NCBI GenBank assembly: GCA_037140715.1
Contig: JBAXDX010000001.1
Coordinates: 8,000-71,999 of the forward strand
Direction of reading: 5' to 3'
From: Ignavibacteria bacterium
GTDB lineage: Bacteria; Bacteroidota; Ignavibacteria; Ignavibacteriales; SURF-24
DNA length: 64,000 nt
Part shown: in pieces, positions 8,697 through 19,226 of the stretch
Position numbering within the stretch: the stretch's first letter is position 1
Layout of the letters: every line of letters starts with the position of its first letter
The notes under the pieces: model-generated
Databases searched by the model: none
Seen by the model: only the letters and a program-made list of their open reading frames with translations
Told to the model about the DNA's origin: nothing
Made by a program: the position numbers and the translations under genes

Positions 8697-10925
8697 TTGT
8701 GCGAAACCAGGAACCCAATGGCCAGGAAGTTTTCATTTTATTTTTTGTTTATTGGTATTTGTATCACAACGGTGTGGTATGTCCTGAATACAGGGAATAA
8801 GCCTGAGAATAAACCGTTCTCCAGTAGAGCAGATATTCAGACAGAAAAAACAATTGCAAATGTTCCTGCCGCCACTAAAGAAAATAATTGGTTCATTAAT
8901 TCATTTCATGAACTCACTAAAAGTGTCCGGCATCCTTTAAGTATATTAATTTTACAAATTCTTGTAATAATGGTATTTGCAAGGATTATGGGTCTGCTTT
9001 GTCTTTTTATAAATCAGCCTGCTGTGGTTGGTGAAATATTTGCCGGTATCATTTTGGGACCATCTCTCTTTGGGATATTTTTCCCTGGACTTTCGACCTT
9101 CTTATTCCCGCCTGCATCTTTGAATAACTTACAGTTCCTAAGCCAGCTCGGCTTGTTGCTTTTCATGTTCATCATCGGGATGGAGCTTGATGTAAAAAAG
9201 ATTAAGAGCAGAGCCAGCGATGCTCTGATAGTAAGTCATACAGCGATTGCTTTTTCCTATTTGCTTGGGGTGCTGGTTTCCCTCTATCTGTATCATGAAT
9301 TTGCCGCCGGCGATATACCCTTCTTTTCTTTTGCTCTATTTATGGGAATTGCAATGAGTATTACCGCTTTTCCTGTACTTGCGAGGATAATTCAGGAAAA
9401 GGGACATTCAAAGACTCCGCTTGGTGTTTTTGTGCTTACATGCGCTGCTGTGGACGATGTTACGGCCTGGTGTATTCTGGCTGTTGTAATAGCAATTATC
9501 AAGGCGGGTACTATATTAAATTCTCTGTTTACAATCGCGCTTGTCCTTGTCTATGTTTTTTTTATGCTCAGGGTGGTTCATTCGTTGTTGCAGAAAATCG
9601 GGAAAGTTTATATTTCCAAGGAAAATATGAACAGAACCGTAGTAGCTCTGGTTTTTCTCATACTTCTCTTATCATCCTATACTACCGAGGTTCTGGGCAT
9701 TCACGCTTTATTCGGAGCTTTCCTTGCCGGGGTCGTAATGCCGGATGATTTTGAATTTAAGTCGATAATATCTGAGAAGATTGAGGATATCAGTCTCGTT
9801 ATGCTTCTTCCATTGTTCTTTGTATTTACCGGGTTGAGAACTCAGATCGGGCTTATTAACAGTCCTCGTCATCTGCTCATCTGTCTGTTTATAATAGTAG
9901 TAGCAATTTTTGGGAAATTAGGCGGAGCCACACTCGCGGCAAGGTTTGTAGGACAGTCCTGGAAGAATTCCGTTTCAATTGGTGTACTAATGAATACGCG
10001 GGGACTTATGGAGCTTGTTGTTTTGAATATAGGGTATGACCTTGGCGTTCTTCGTCCTGAGATATTTACAATGATGGTGATTATGGCTGTAGTTACAACG
10101 GTCATCTCCGGTCCGTTGCTTGGAGTTGTAAATAAAATATTTGGAGAAGATAATAAAAGTATCTCCCCGCTTAATGATGGCAAAAAGATACTGATTTCCT
10201 TCGGCAATCCTAAAATGGGAAGCGTGTTGCTCCGGCTTGCAAATTATCTGACATCAAACCATAACGGCATATCCGGCATTACAGCCCTTCATATTACTCC
10301 CCGCTCCGAAATTAGTATACAGGATGCACAGGTTTATGAAATCGAGAGTTTTAGACCGATACAGCAGGCAGCGCGGGAGCTGGGCATCCGTATCGACACT
10401 CTTTACCGCCCGGCGGGTAAAATCGAAAAAGAAATAGCACTTGAAAGCAGAAAAGACAATTACAAAATTATTCTTGCGGGTAGTGCGCGTTCAGTCTTTA
10501 ATAACAGCATTACCGGCGGTAAAATAAAATATATACTCGATGAGAGTGTGTGCAACGTTGGTATTCTCGTAAATAATAACTTCAGGGAAGTTAATAATTT
10601 GCTGGTAATTCTTCATCAGAAATCCGACCTGAATCTTGTAAAGTACGTTAACGATTTTATTGAAAACAGCGTGGCTAAAGTGCTGATTTTCGATCCTGGC
10701 CGTCTTGCTGAAGAATCCCGGGAACTAATAAATATGTTGCAAAAGAATCAGGCGGGAACGAATATAATAAATGACTTCCTGATAAATAAAGTAAACCTTG
10801 CACCTTTTGATTTAATCATCGTAAGTATTGACTACTGGCAGAAAGCCAGTGAGTTCGGCGGACAGATACTGCACAGCAATTCTTCTGTTCTAATTATAAA
10901 GACGGTACAAAAGAAACAGATATAA
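8697..10925 (+). CDS. cation:proton antiporter (CPA2/Kef-type) with long cytoplasmic C-terminal domain
   Basis: 742 aa with about 12 TM segments and Na+/H+ exchanger family motifs (..GEIFAGIILGPS.., ..NTRGLMELVVL..). The ~250-aa soluble tail looks like a USP-like regulatory domain. The true start may be the internal Met at 8718. Confidence 0.85.
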   Translation: MCETRNPMARKFSFYFLFIGICITTVWYVLNTGNKPENKPFSSRADIQTEKTIANVPAATKENNWFINSFHELTKSVRHPLSILILQILVIMVFARIMGLLCLFINQPAVVGEIFAGIILGPSLFGIFFPGLSTFLFPPASLNNLQFLSQLGLLLFMFIIGMELDVKKIKSRASDALIVSHTAIAFSYLLGVLVSLYLYHEFAAGDIPFFSFALFMGIAMSITAFPVLARIIQEKGHSKTPLGVFVLTCAAVDDVTAWCILAVVIAIIKAGTILNSLFTIALVLVYVFFMLRVVHSLLQKIGKVYISKENMNRTVVALVFLILLLSSYTTEVLGIHALFGAFLAGVVMPDDFEFKSIISEKIEDISLVMLLPLFFVFTGLRTQIGLINSPRHLLICLFIIVVAIFGKLGGATLAARFVGQSWKNSVSIGVLMNTRGLMELVVLNIGYDLGVLRPEIFTMMVIMAVVTTVISGPLLGVVNKIFGEDNKSISPLNDGKKILISFGNPKMGSVLLRLANYLTSNHNGISGITALHITPRSEISIQDAQVYEIESFRPIQQAARELGIRIDTLYRPAGKIEKEIALESRKDNYKIILAGSARSVFNNSITGGKIKYILDESVCNVGILVNNNFREVNNLLVILHQKSDLNLVKYVNDFIENSVAKVLIFDPGRLAEESRELINMLQKNQAGTNIINDFLINKVNLAPFDLIIVSIDYWQKASEFGGQILHSNSSVLIIKTVQKKQI

Positions 10926-11049
10926 CAGTTTCGGTAATGTTAGAACAGATTATTTTCATCCGGCTTTTATTAATTCTTAATTTGATAATCAATAACTGAT
11001 GCTAAAATAAATCTAATTCCTCTTTTATTATTCAACAAACAGGTCAGCA

Positions 11050-11739
11050 ATGAAACAAACAAATTCCTCTGGCAAAGGAAAAAAACAGCCGGACTCTGGC
11101 AACGAAAGCGCGGTTCCTCTTAATGAGGATAATGACGTGGCAGAGTATCACAAACCGAAGACTCTTGAATTGCTTTATGAAATTTCAGAGGCTTTGTCAA
11201 ATGTTAAAAATGATTTTAAGGACGCACTTAATCATGTTACAAAACAAATAGCTACTGTGATTGGTGATCTGTGTGTAGTCCGGCTTATCTCCGATGACAA
11301 AAAGCGCCTTGACGAGGTCGCCTTCTTCCATCCGAATAAAATGATTCTGCGCTATGTCAGTGATTTGTACAGAGATGAAACTTATTATCTTAAAGACGGA
11401 CTTGCAGGCGAGGTTTTCAAGACCGGAAAGGGACGGCTGATAGCTGAGATAAGTCCGTCAGAAGAGGCACCGCCTTATAAAAAAGAATATGCAAGGTTTG
11501 CAAATAACTTCGGTATATCAAGCCTGGTTGTCGTTCCGCTAAAAGCACAGACCGAAGTAATCGGCGTTATTAGCCTGATTCGTAATAATTCAGGAAATCC
11601 ATATACGGAGACAGATCAGAAAATTCTTCAGGTCATTGCTGATAATATCGCTCTTGTAATATCTAATTCAAACCAGTATGAAGAGAAGCTAAAGGAAACA
11701 GAGGCAAAAAAGATTGCCGAAGATGCCCTGAAGGTGTAG
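11050..11739 (+). CDS. GAF-domain sensor protein, N-terminal part of a GAF-PAS gene interrupted by in-frame TAG
   Basis: 229 aa with a GAF-like core (..VVVPLKAQTEVIGVISL..). The ORF stops at TAG 11737-11739 and the same frame continues open into the PAS ORF. Confidence 0.7.
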   Translation: MKQTNSSGKGKKQPDSGNESAVPLNEDNDVAEYHKPKTLELLYEISEALSNVKNDFKDALNHVTKQIATVIGDLCVVRLISDDKKRLDEVAFFHPNKMILRYVSDLYRDETYYLKDGLAGEVFKTGKGRLIAEISPSEEAPPYKKEYARFANNFGISSLVVVPLKAQTEVIGVISLIRNNSGNPYTETDQKILQVIADNIALVISNSNQYEEKLKETEAKKIAEDALKV

Positions 11740-11775
11740 CAGGATCTGCTTCAGGCAATACTGGAGGCCGTTCCG

Positions 11776-12168
11776 GTGGGAATATGGGTTTTGGATCAGG
11801 AAGGCAATAAACTGATTTCCAATAAAATGACGGATGAAATCTGGGGCGGTTTAATATATGAAAATCCCGCGGATCTCGGAAACTTTAAGGCGCGCTGGAA
11901 TGATTCAGGCGAGGTCATAAGCGCAAATCAATGGGCGGCTATAAAAGCCCTCAGGGGCGAAACGCACTTAAATCAGACTCTCGATATTGTGAACTTTGAC
12001 GGAACCCATAAGACTATTTTGGACTCTGGTATGCCGATTATCAAAAATAAGGACGATATCGCGGGCGCAATAATTATTAATGTGGATGTTACTCAGCAGA
12101 AAGAATGTGAGAAAAAGCTGAAGCAGGTTCAGTCCGAACTGGAAAAATATAAGCAAAAAAGCAAATAA
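11776..12168 (+). CDS. PAS-domain protein, C-terminal part of the interrupted GAF-PAS gene
   Basis: It is in the same reading frame as 11050-11739. The sequence right after the TAG reads QDLLQAILEAVPVGIWVLDQEGN, a typical PAS N-cap. Confidence 0.65.
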   Translation: MGIWVLDQEGNKLISNKMTDEIWGGLIYENPADLGNFKARWNDSGEVISANQWAAIKALRGETHLNQTLDIVNFDGTHKTILDSGMPIIKNKDDIAGAIIINVDVTQQKECEKKLKQVQSELEKYKQKSK

Positions 12169-12454
12169 CTGCGCAACGGCGAAATGTCTGTACTCGGCAT
12201 CCTGATGGATTTTTTTTATATACCTATTAATCGGACAGTCCGCAAAAGCCCGGATATCCGCAGAGGAAGCATTCTTTATTTTAGTTACAGATATTTGAAA
12301 AACAGCTTTATCTGTTCAGATGTAAAATATTAAATTCTATCGCGGATTTTAATAAATATATCTGTATTTTATGTACGGGAGTAACAAAAAAGAAGAAGGT
12401 AATTGTATTTTATCATAAAAGATTATAATTTCGGGGAAATTACAACAGGAATTA

Positions 12455-14380
12455 ATGCAAAGTTCTGTCATAAATATTTTAATGGAGAGAATCTTCTCGG
12501 AAGCTGATATGGGTATTATGATTCATAATACTAATGGAAATATTCTTTTTATCAACAAAAGAGGGATTGCGCTCTTAGGCATCTCCATTCAGGATATAAA
12601 GTCTTATAGAGAAGGTAATCTTAATCTTAATTTTTACGATGAAGAGGGGGAATTAATTCCAATTGAGGAATTGCCACCGCTTCAAGCCCTTAAGTTAAAG
12701 CAAAATATTGCTGATCGGGATATCAAATATGTGGACAGTAAAAAAAATATCTGCTGGTTTCGTATAAATTCAACGCTGATAAAAGATGATGAGTGTAATA
12801 TTACAGAAGTGATGAGTACTTTTATCGATATTACCATCGCAAGAAATATTGAGGGGTATCTAAAGGATACGGTAAAATCAATTGAGCCGGTACTTTATTC
12901 ATCTGATATAAAGGGTGATTATTACCTTTTTATTACCGATTCTGTAAAAAAACTATTGGGTTACAGTTCCGGGGAGATAATAAGCAATCATAAAACTTTT
13001 CTGCGGCTAATCCCGAAAGAAGACTTCCCGCGTTTTAAGAATTTTGCCCGTCAGCTTCAGCATGGTAAACCTGCGGTAGTCGAATATCGGATAAAAGATA
13101 AGTGGGGATCTGAGCATTATCTGCGTAATTCAGGGTTTCCTGTTTTTCATGGTACTGAGCTGACAAGAATCGATGGTGCGATAGTGGACGTAACGGTTGA
13201 AAAGAAAATTCAGTTGGAACTGGAAAAATCCGAAGAAAAATTCCGCCTGCTGATAGAAACTGCCAACGATTTGATTTTTAATCTTGATAACTCAGGATAT
13301 TTTGTAACCGTCAACAGCTACGGTGCTCTTGCGCTTGGCTATAAACCTGATGATATGGCAGGGAAGCATTTTCTTGAATTCATCGGAGATGAGAACAAGG
13401 CGGACATAGCTATTGCATTCCGGCAGATACTGAAAGTTGACAAGGTAATATCGTTCGAGGTTGCCTTTATTGATAAGTTTGGAAAGAATATATTTTTCGA
13501 GATACAGGGGCGGCCCACAAAAATGGGCAACCGGATTTCCGGGATGCTTGGCATAGGACGCAACATTACTCAGCGCAGAATTGATGACGAAAAGCTAAAA
13601 GAGCTTAATTCAAAGCTGATTGAAGCAAACCGCCTTGTATCAATTGAGCGGGACAGGGCAAAGCAACAGGTCTCGGTGCTGGAAGAACTCAACAGGCTTA
13701 AGAACGATTTTATATCAAATATATCTCATGAACTGCGCACTCCTCTGGCCTCGATCGTTGGATTTTCTGAAACCATAACATCGGACCCGGAAATGCCAAA
13801 AGAGATGGTTATGGAATTCAGTAACATAATTTTAAGCGAAGGCAAGCGGTTAGCCAAGCTGATAAATGATGTGCTTGATTTTGCAAAGATGGAGGCTGGT
13901 GAGGTATCGATATTTAAGTCGGAATTCGATATTGCACTTCTGCTAAATCAGTTGATAGATATTGCTGTTCCGTCTGCTAACCAGAAGGGTATAATACTGA
14001 CGGCTGATATTCCGGGTTCTGGTGTCATAATGAGTGCCGATAAGGAAAAAATCACACAAGTATATCAGCATCTGATAAATAACGCTATTAAATTTACAAA
14101 CCGCGGTGGCAGGATCACTCTTATAGCCCAGGACTTCATGAAGGAATTAGAAGTAATCGTAAGCGATACGGGAATGGGGATTCCGGCTATGGATTTGCCT
14201 AATGTATTTCAAAAATTCTTCAAAGCCGGCAGACCGGGCATACAGATACCGGGTACGGGTATCGGGCTTGGTCTTGTAAAGCAAATTGTAGATATGCACC
14301 GTGGACTGATAACTGTTCAAAGCGAAATAAATAAGGGCACTACATTTATTGTTAAGCTCCCTAAAAGTAGTATAAATTAA
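12455..14380 (+). CDS. multi-PAS sensor histidine kinase
   Basis: 641 aa with PAS repeats, an H-box SHELRTPL, and HATPase_c N/G boxes (..NNAIKFT.., ..DTGMGI.., ..GTGIGLGL..). Confidence 0.9.
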   Translation: MQSSVINILMERIFSEADMGIMIHNTNGNILFINKRGIALLGISIQDIKSYREGNLNLNFYDEEGELIPIEELPPLQALKLKQNIADRDIKYVDSKKNICWFRINSTLIKDDECNITEVMSTFIDITIARNIEGYLKDTVKSIEPVLYSSDIKGDYYLFITDSVKKLLGYSSGEIISNHKTFLRLIPKEDFPRFKNFARQLQHGKPAVVEYRIKDKWGSEHYLRNSGFPVFHGTELTRIDGAIVDVTVEKKIQLELEKSEEKFRLLIETANDLIFNLDNSGYFVTVNSYGALALGYKPDDMAGKHFLEFIGDENKADIAIAFRQILKVDKVISFEVAFIDKFGKNIFFEIQGRPTKMGNRISGMLGIGRNITQRRIDDEKLKELNSKLIEANRLVSIERDRAKQQVSVLEELNRLKNDFISNISHELRTPLASIVGFSETITSDPEMPKEMVMEFSNIILSEGKRLAKLINDVLDFAKMEAGEVSIFKSEFDIALLLNQLIDIAVPSANQKGIILTADIPGSGVIMSADKEKITQVYQHLINNAIKFTNRGGRITLIAQDFMKELEVIVSDTGMGIPAMDLPNVFQKFFKAGRPGIQIPGTGIGLGLVKQIVDMHRGLITVQSEINKGTTFIVKLPKSSIN

Positions 14381-14395
14381 ATACGGAGGCTAAAA

Positions 14396-15769
14396 TTGGA
14401 AAAACTTGTTTTTATTGTTGATGACGAAAAGGCAATTTCGAAACTGCTTACTTATTGGGTCAAAGATAAATGGAAGTACAAAGTAGAAACCTTTGAGAAA
14501 GGCGAAGATGTATTAAATCGTATGCCGGCAGGCCCTGACCTGATACTGCTTGATATTATGTTGCCGGACCTTAATGGTGTGGAAGTTCTTAAAAGAATAA
14601 AGCAATATGACGAACATATTCCGGTCATTATGCTTTCGGCTCAGGGGAGTATTGAAGTGGCTGTCGAAGCTTTAAGACAGGGAGCCTTTGATTATTTTCC
14701 GAAGCCTATTGATACTCAGAGACTGGATCCTGCAATAAAGAATGCCATTAAGAGTTATGATCTGCAGAAGGAGTTAAAACTTCTGAAAGAAAATGCGCAG
14801 AAGGAATATAACTTCGATCATATTATTTCAACCGATAAGAAGATGCAGGACGTCTTCAGGATGGTAAGCAAAGTTTTAGATAACAATATTACCGTTCTTA
14901 TTCATGGCGAAAGTGGTACGGGCAAGGAGTTAATTGCGCGCGCTATCCATTATAATGGAAACAGAAAAGACAAGCCTTTCGTAGTTGTAAACTGTGCCTC
15001 TATTCCAAGAGAACTGCTGGAAAGTGAATTATTCGGACATGAAAAAGGGTCTTTTACCGGAGCTTATCAGAAGAAGATAGGTAAGTTTGAACAGGCAAAA
15101 GACGGGACAATATTTCTTGATGAGATTGGAGACATGCAGATTTCACTTCAGGCTAAGATTTTGAGAGTAATCCAGGAGCGTGAGTTTGACCGCGTGGGCG
15201 GAACGGATATAATTAAAACTGATGTAAGAATTATTTCAGCTACAAATGTAGAACTAAAGTCCGCGGTGGAAAAGAAAGAGTTCAGAGAAGATCTTTTCTA
15301 TAGACTTAACTCATTCCCAATAACAATTCCACCGTTAAGGGACAGGCGTTCTGATATACTTGTGCTTATGGATCATTTTATCTCAACATTCAGCCATAAG
15401 CTGAACAAAAATATCAGAGGTTTTTCGAAGAGAGCATTGAAATATATGTATGAATATAACTGGCCGGGTAATGTCAGGGAGCTTGAGAATACGGTTGAGC
15501 GCTGTATGATTATTTCTGATACTGATATTATAGATGTAAATGATTTGCCACTACATATTCGGACATCGGAAGGAACTCCTGTTTCTCTGAACGGTCCGTT
15601 GTTTGGCGATGGTTCAGTAATAATTCCGTTTGACAGATTAAGGGAAGAATCTATAAAGCATGCGTTGAAAGTTACTAATGGAAATATTGTAGAAGCTTCA
15701 AGGAAGCTGCATATCGGGCGGGCTACTTTTTATAGATTTATGGAAAAATATAATATTTCGCCCGAATGA
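14396..15769 (+). CDS. sigma-54-dependent response regulator (NtrC family)
   Basis: 457 aa with a REC domain (DDE...D..LPD), an AAA+ domain with GESGTGKE and the GSFTGA sigma-54 contact loop, and a C-terminal Fis-type HTH. Confidence 0.92.
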   Translation: MEKLVFIVDDEKAISKLLTYWVKDKWKYKVETFEKGEDVLNRMPAGPDLILLDIMLPDLNGVEVLKRIKQYDEHIPVIMLSAQGSIEVAVEALRQGAFDYFPKPIDTQRLDPAIKNAIKSYDLQKELKLLKENAQKEYNFDHIISTDKKMQDVFRMVSKVLDNNITVLIHGESGTGKELIARAIHYNGNRKDKPFVVVNCASIPRELLESELFGHEKGSFTGAYQKKIGKFEQAKDGTIFLDEIGDMQISLQAKILRVIQEREFDRVGGTDIIKTDVRIISATNVELKSAVEKKEFREDLFYRLNSFPITIPPLRDRRSDILVLMDHFISTFSHKLNKNIRGFSKRALKYMYEYNWPGNVRELENTVERCMIISDTDIIDVNDLPLHIRTSEGTPVSLNGPLFGDGSVIIPFDRLREESIKHALKVTNGNIVEASRKLHIGRATFYRFMEKYNISPE

Positions 15770-15838
15770 AAGTCCATGCCCTGAATATTTTTTATATGAG
15801 ACCTCCCCAAGTGGAGCTTTCTATTGAAACATCTTATG

Positions 15839-16849
15839 CTATGTGTTTTCGATAAGACTTTTCTTAATGTATTCCAAATGTTCATTTGTCAGCATAATCT
15901 GTTGAAAGATGTCAATTATATTATCTTTAGTAATCCTGCAAAAATCTTTCTCAAGGGGAGTAATAAGGACTCCGCCCATATCGACAGAAGCCGGACTTAA
16001 GAGAATATTTTCATCCCCTTTGGCAAAATAATATGACGGACGATGTTTTCCTCTCGGGAATACTATGACACGCCACCTGTTTTCCTCATAAGAACTGATA
16101 AGGTTCATCATCGGCTCTTCGCCGGGAGTTGAAAGTTCTGAAAAAGCTTTAAGAAATATTCTAAATGTTTTTTGCAGTATTTCTATGTCTGAAGACTCGA
16201 ATGAGAAGAACCGGGCAGGATACTTATCTACAAAATAAATCTTAAGTTTTCCGGTTTCCTTAATCAGGGTACCCTGTGAAATTTTTACCTGATCATAATC
16301 AGTATCAATCGGCATGAAATATTTATTACCTGCCTGGAAGTGAAGATGGTCAGGAGCCGAAGCGCCGCAACCGGGTCCGTTGTAAAAAATGGTATAGTAT
16401 CTGCCAAGGTCCTTTGCAAACATGAGGAATTGATAAAATGAGGTCTCAATGTTTTGAGACACATGTTTAACATTTGGCAAAGTGAAGTGTTCGTTAAAAA
16501 TAGGAAAAGGGTTGCATAATATCAGGTAGTCATTTGGATAAAGAATACTCTTTTGACCAGATGGCAGATGTTTATAGCAAAGAAAGCATTTCCTTTCATT
16601 AATTGACTTTGCATCCACCTTTGCCGAAGAGGAAACTATACGACCTGGGTTAAACTGGACTTTTATCTTATAATCGTCAAATTCAAAAGTTCTTATCTTA
16701 ACATTGTCGAGTCCAGAATAACCATTCTGAAGTAATAGCCAGGTATCTTTCTGCTGAGCAAGCAAAGCCCTGGTTTTATCTGCACAGTCATAATTATCGT
16801 TTAAATATGCGGTCAGTTCATTATCTGTGAGCAATACATTTTTAATCAT
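15839..16849 (-). CDS. GalT/HIT-like nucleotidyltransferase-phosphorylase fold protein (DUF4922-like)
   Basis: 336 aa with CFLC near position 90 and the HxHxQ motif ([10 protein letters not shown]) characteristic of the GalT branch of the HIT superfamily. Overlaps the upstream GT2 gene by 4 nt. Confidence 0.55.
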   Translation of the reverse strand: MIKNVLLTDNELTAYLNDNYDCADKTRALLAQQKDTWLLLQNGYSGLDNVKIRTFEFDDYKIKVQFNPGRIVSSSAKVDAKSINERKCFLCYKHLPSGQKSILYPNDYLILCNPFPIFNEHFTLPNVKHVSQNIETSFYQFLMFAKDLGRYYTIFYNGPGCGASAPDHLHFQAGNKYFMPIDTDYDQVKISQGTLIKETGKLKIYFVDKYPARFFSFESSDIEILQKTFRIFLKAFSELSTPGEEPMMNLISSYEENRWRVIVFPRGKHRPSYYFAKGDENILLSPASVDMGGVLITPLEKDFCRITKDNIIDIFQQIMLTNEHLEYIKKSLIENT

Positions 16850-18342
16850 AGCGAATTTTTTCTCTGTCTTGCCATAATTTCAAATGTTCTTATCCTGTCT
16901 TTATATACATTATAGATGTTCTGCTTTGCAATATCAAGAGCCGCGTCTGAGTTACCCTCCCAGCGGCGGCAGAGATAAACAGGCTCGTATATTCTGCCAA
17001 TCTTGTAATTCCTTGAAATCGCAAGTCCGAGCGCATAATCTTCGCCATAGCTTACATCAGGTACTTTAATTTTACGGAGAACCGGAGTATAGAAAGCTCT
17101 CGGGGCGCCGAGTCCGTTAATTCTCAAGGCATTGTTACGTCCGTTATCAGGAGTCCATTCCCTGTGGTCAATTAATCCCGGGGGGATTAATTCAAGATTA
17201 AAGTTAGTCATCTGGTAACTGCCGACAACCATCGCGCATTTTTCTTTCCTGAATGTATCGACAACAGTCTGAATTGTGGTGCCATCTTTATAAAGGTCAT
17301 CGCTGTCAAGCTGAATAGCAAAGCGCCCGCACTTTTCATGCTGGATACCGGCAGTCCAGCAGCCGCCAATGCCAAGGTCATCCCTTTGGGGAATATAATG
17401 AATTAAAGGAGGGTTATTTGAAGCCATTTCTTTAAGTATTTCGGTTGTGCCATCTGTTGAATAGTTATCAATTACGATCAGGTTAAACGGAAAGGTTGTT
17501 TTCTGTATTAAAACTGATTCAACGGCATCTATAATTGTTCCTGCACGGTTTTTAACCGGGATAATAACTGAAGCCTCTATCTCAAAAAATTCTTCATCAA
17601 GGTTAATTTCCTGAAATTCCGGCTTGAGATAAGCTCCGATTTCTTTTAGATGTTCGGTTGCCGCTTCTTCCATTTCGATTTGAACCGCGCGGTTTTTCGG
17701 ATCAACATAGTCAAACTGCTTCTCGCCTGACTCACGTGTATCAGTTTCGATTGTGGTATAAAGAAATTCCGGGACTCTCGTTACCGGGTATCGTGCTGAT
17801 ATCTTAAGTCTCAAGTCATAAAGACCCGCAAACAGGTAATTGCTTTTATTTCCGCTTAACTGAGCTTTCTTCAACGCCAGCGTGCTAATAAAGTAAACAT
17901 ATCCAAAGTTAAAATCATCCCTGATACTGCCGGACTGGTAATCAGTTATCGGATGAGGAATTCTGAGGTTTTTCTTTGTTTCATAATAATCAGAATAAAC
18001 AATACCTGAACCGGTATCTTCGGCCACCTGAAGAAATCGCTCGATGCCAAAATAGCCAAATTCGATAAGATTATCATGAATAATAAAGAGATTATGCTCA
18101 GTATCTGATTTCTTAGCCATAAGTTCTATTGTCCGGCTTCCGAAGAGAGCCTCGACTCTCAGGCTTTTGCAATCATCAATTATTTCTTCAGCATTACTGC
18201 TTACAAGAAGGTAAACCTCATCAACCAGCGGAGACTTTCTTAGTTCTTCCACGTTTTTTTTTGCAATCTCCCGCCCGCTAAATGGCATAAATACCGTTAT
18301 CCCTTTTTTCATAGCATCTCCAAATTTTTGAAAGTTAAACAT
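16846..18342 (-). CDS. two-domain family 2 glycosyltransferase
   Basis: 498 aa. The C-terminal GT-A domain has [12 protein letters not shown]...[10 protein letters not shown] and a DxD (QLDSDDLY). The N-terminal ~250 aa look like a second degenerate GT-A. The start may be the Met at 18312. Confidence 0.8.
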   Translation of the reverse strand: MFNFQKFGDAMKKGITVFMPFSGREIAKKNVEELRKSPLVDEVYLLVSSNAEEIIDDCKSLRVEALFGSRTIELMAKKSDTEHNLFIIHDNLIEFGYFGIERFLQVAEDTGSGIVYSDYYETKKNLRIPHPITDYQSGSIRDDFNFGYVYFISTLALKKAQLSGNKSNYLFAGLYDLRLKISARYPVTRVPEFLYTTIETDTRESGEKQFDYVDPKNRAVQIEMEEAATEHLKEIGAYLKPEFQEINLDEEFFEIEASVIIPVKNRAGTIIDAVESVLIQKTTFPFNLIVIDNYSTDGTTEILKEMASNNPPLIHYIPQRDDLGIGGCWTAGIQHEKCGRFAIQLDSDDLYKDGTTIQTVVDTFRKEKCAMVVGSYQMTNFNLELIPPGLIDHREWTPDNGRNNALRINGLGAPRAFYTPVLRKIKVPDVSYGEDYALGLAISRNYKIGRIYEPVYLCRRWEGNSDAALDIAKQNIYNVYKDRIRTFEIMARQRKNSL

Positions 18343-18557
18343 AAAAATAAATAATCAGATTAATAATAACTAAAAAGGAAAGCCTGCCAAGAAAAAAATA
18401 TCTTTTGACGAAAAATACGAATATAAACTGGATAAGTTCGTATAATTGTGTAATCGCCAGGCTCGGACTTAAAAGTCATAAAAAATTGAAACTATTAGTA
18501 GAAAGGGGTTAATTACAAATGGATAAAATATTTATACATTAAATAAGTGAGGTAAAT

Positions 18558-19073
18558 TTGAAATCTATAGCAAAAGGACTAATATTGTTTACCATGCTAT
18601 TTTTGGTAGGGTTTACAATTTTTCAGGAAGAAATGAAGTCTGACAGAATAGTTGATCAAAAGATTGAATTAAGTGGATCAGGCGGCAGTATCGAGACGAA
18701 AAATTCAATTACCGCTAATGAAAAGAAATCGTTCATTCAGTTTATCAACAAAGTAAAAATGCGTGCCTCCTGGTACGGGCCAAGGTTCCATGGAAGGCAG
18801 ACAGCCAATGGCGAAATTTATAACCAGATGGCTTTTACCGCGGCACATAAATCAATTAAATTTGGCACTTTGCTTAAACTTACAAATATAAAGAACGGAA
18901 TGACCGTTATAGTAAGGATTAACGACAGAGGCCCATATATTAATGGCAGACAACTGGATTTATCCAAAGGTGCTGCCACTTCACTCGGAATCGTAAAGCC
19001 TGGCGTGGTAGATCTTATTGTTGAGGAGGTAGCGCTTGCTGATGAAAACAGACCATTGCTGGCTTTGAATTGA
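18558..19073 (+). CDS. rlpA: septal ring lytic transglycosylase RlpA-family protein (DPBB domain)
   Basis: 171 aa with a signal peptide and the ASWYGPRFHGRQTANGEIYN...INDRGP motif. Confidence 0.85.
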   Translation: MKSIAKGLILFTMLFLVGFTIFQEEMKSDRIVDQKIELSGSGGSIETKNSITANEKKSFIQFINKVKMRASWYGPRFHGRQTANGEIYNQMAFTAAHKSIKFGTLLKLTNIKNGMTVIVRINDRGPYINGRQLDLSKGAATSLGIVKPGVVDLIVEEVALADENRPLLALN

Positions 19074-19097
19074 AGTTCGATGGGTACTGACATATCC

Positions 19098-19179
19098 TGC
19101 TCCTTCAGGGCGAATATATTATTGGATATCAATTAATTTGCAACACCTGCAATTTCATAAATTTTGCCCTGAAGGAGCA
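19098..19179. repeat. 14-bp inverted repeat with 54-nt loop
   Basis: TGCTCCTTCAGGGC (19098-19111) pairs with GCCCTGAAGGAGCA (19166-19179). It lies between the convergent rlpA and clpB genes. Confidence 0.6.
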
Positions 19180-19190
19180 AATATAAAAGC

Positions 19191-19210
19191 ACAGGGTTGC
19201 AATGCCCTGT
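19191..19210 (-). terminator. probable clpB terminator hairpin
   Basis: On the minus strand, ACAGGGCATTGCAACCCTGT is followed by GCTTTTAT, 17 nt after the clpB stop. Confidence 0.45.
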
Positions 19211-19226
19211 AAAAATGATATCCCCC

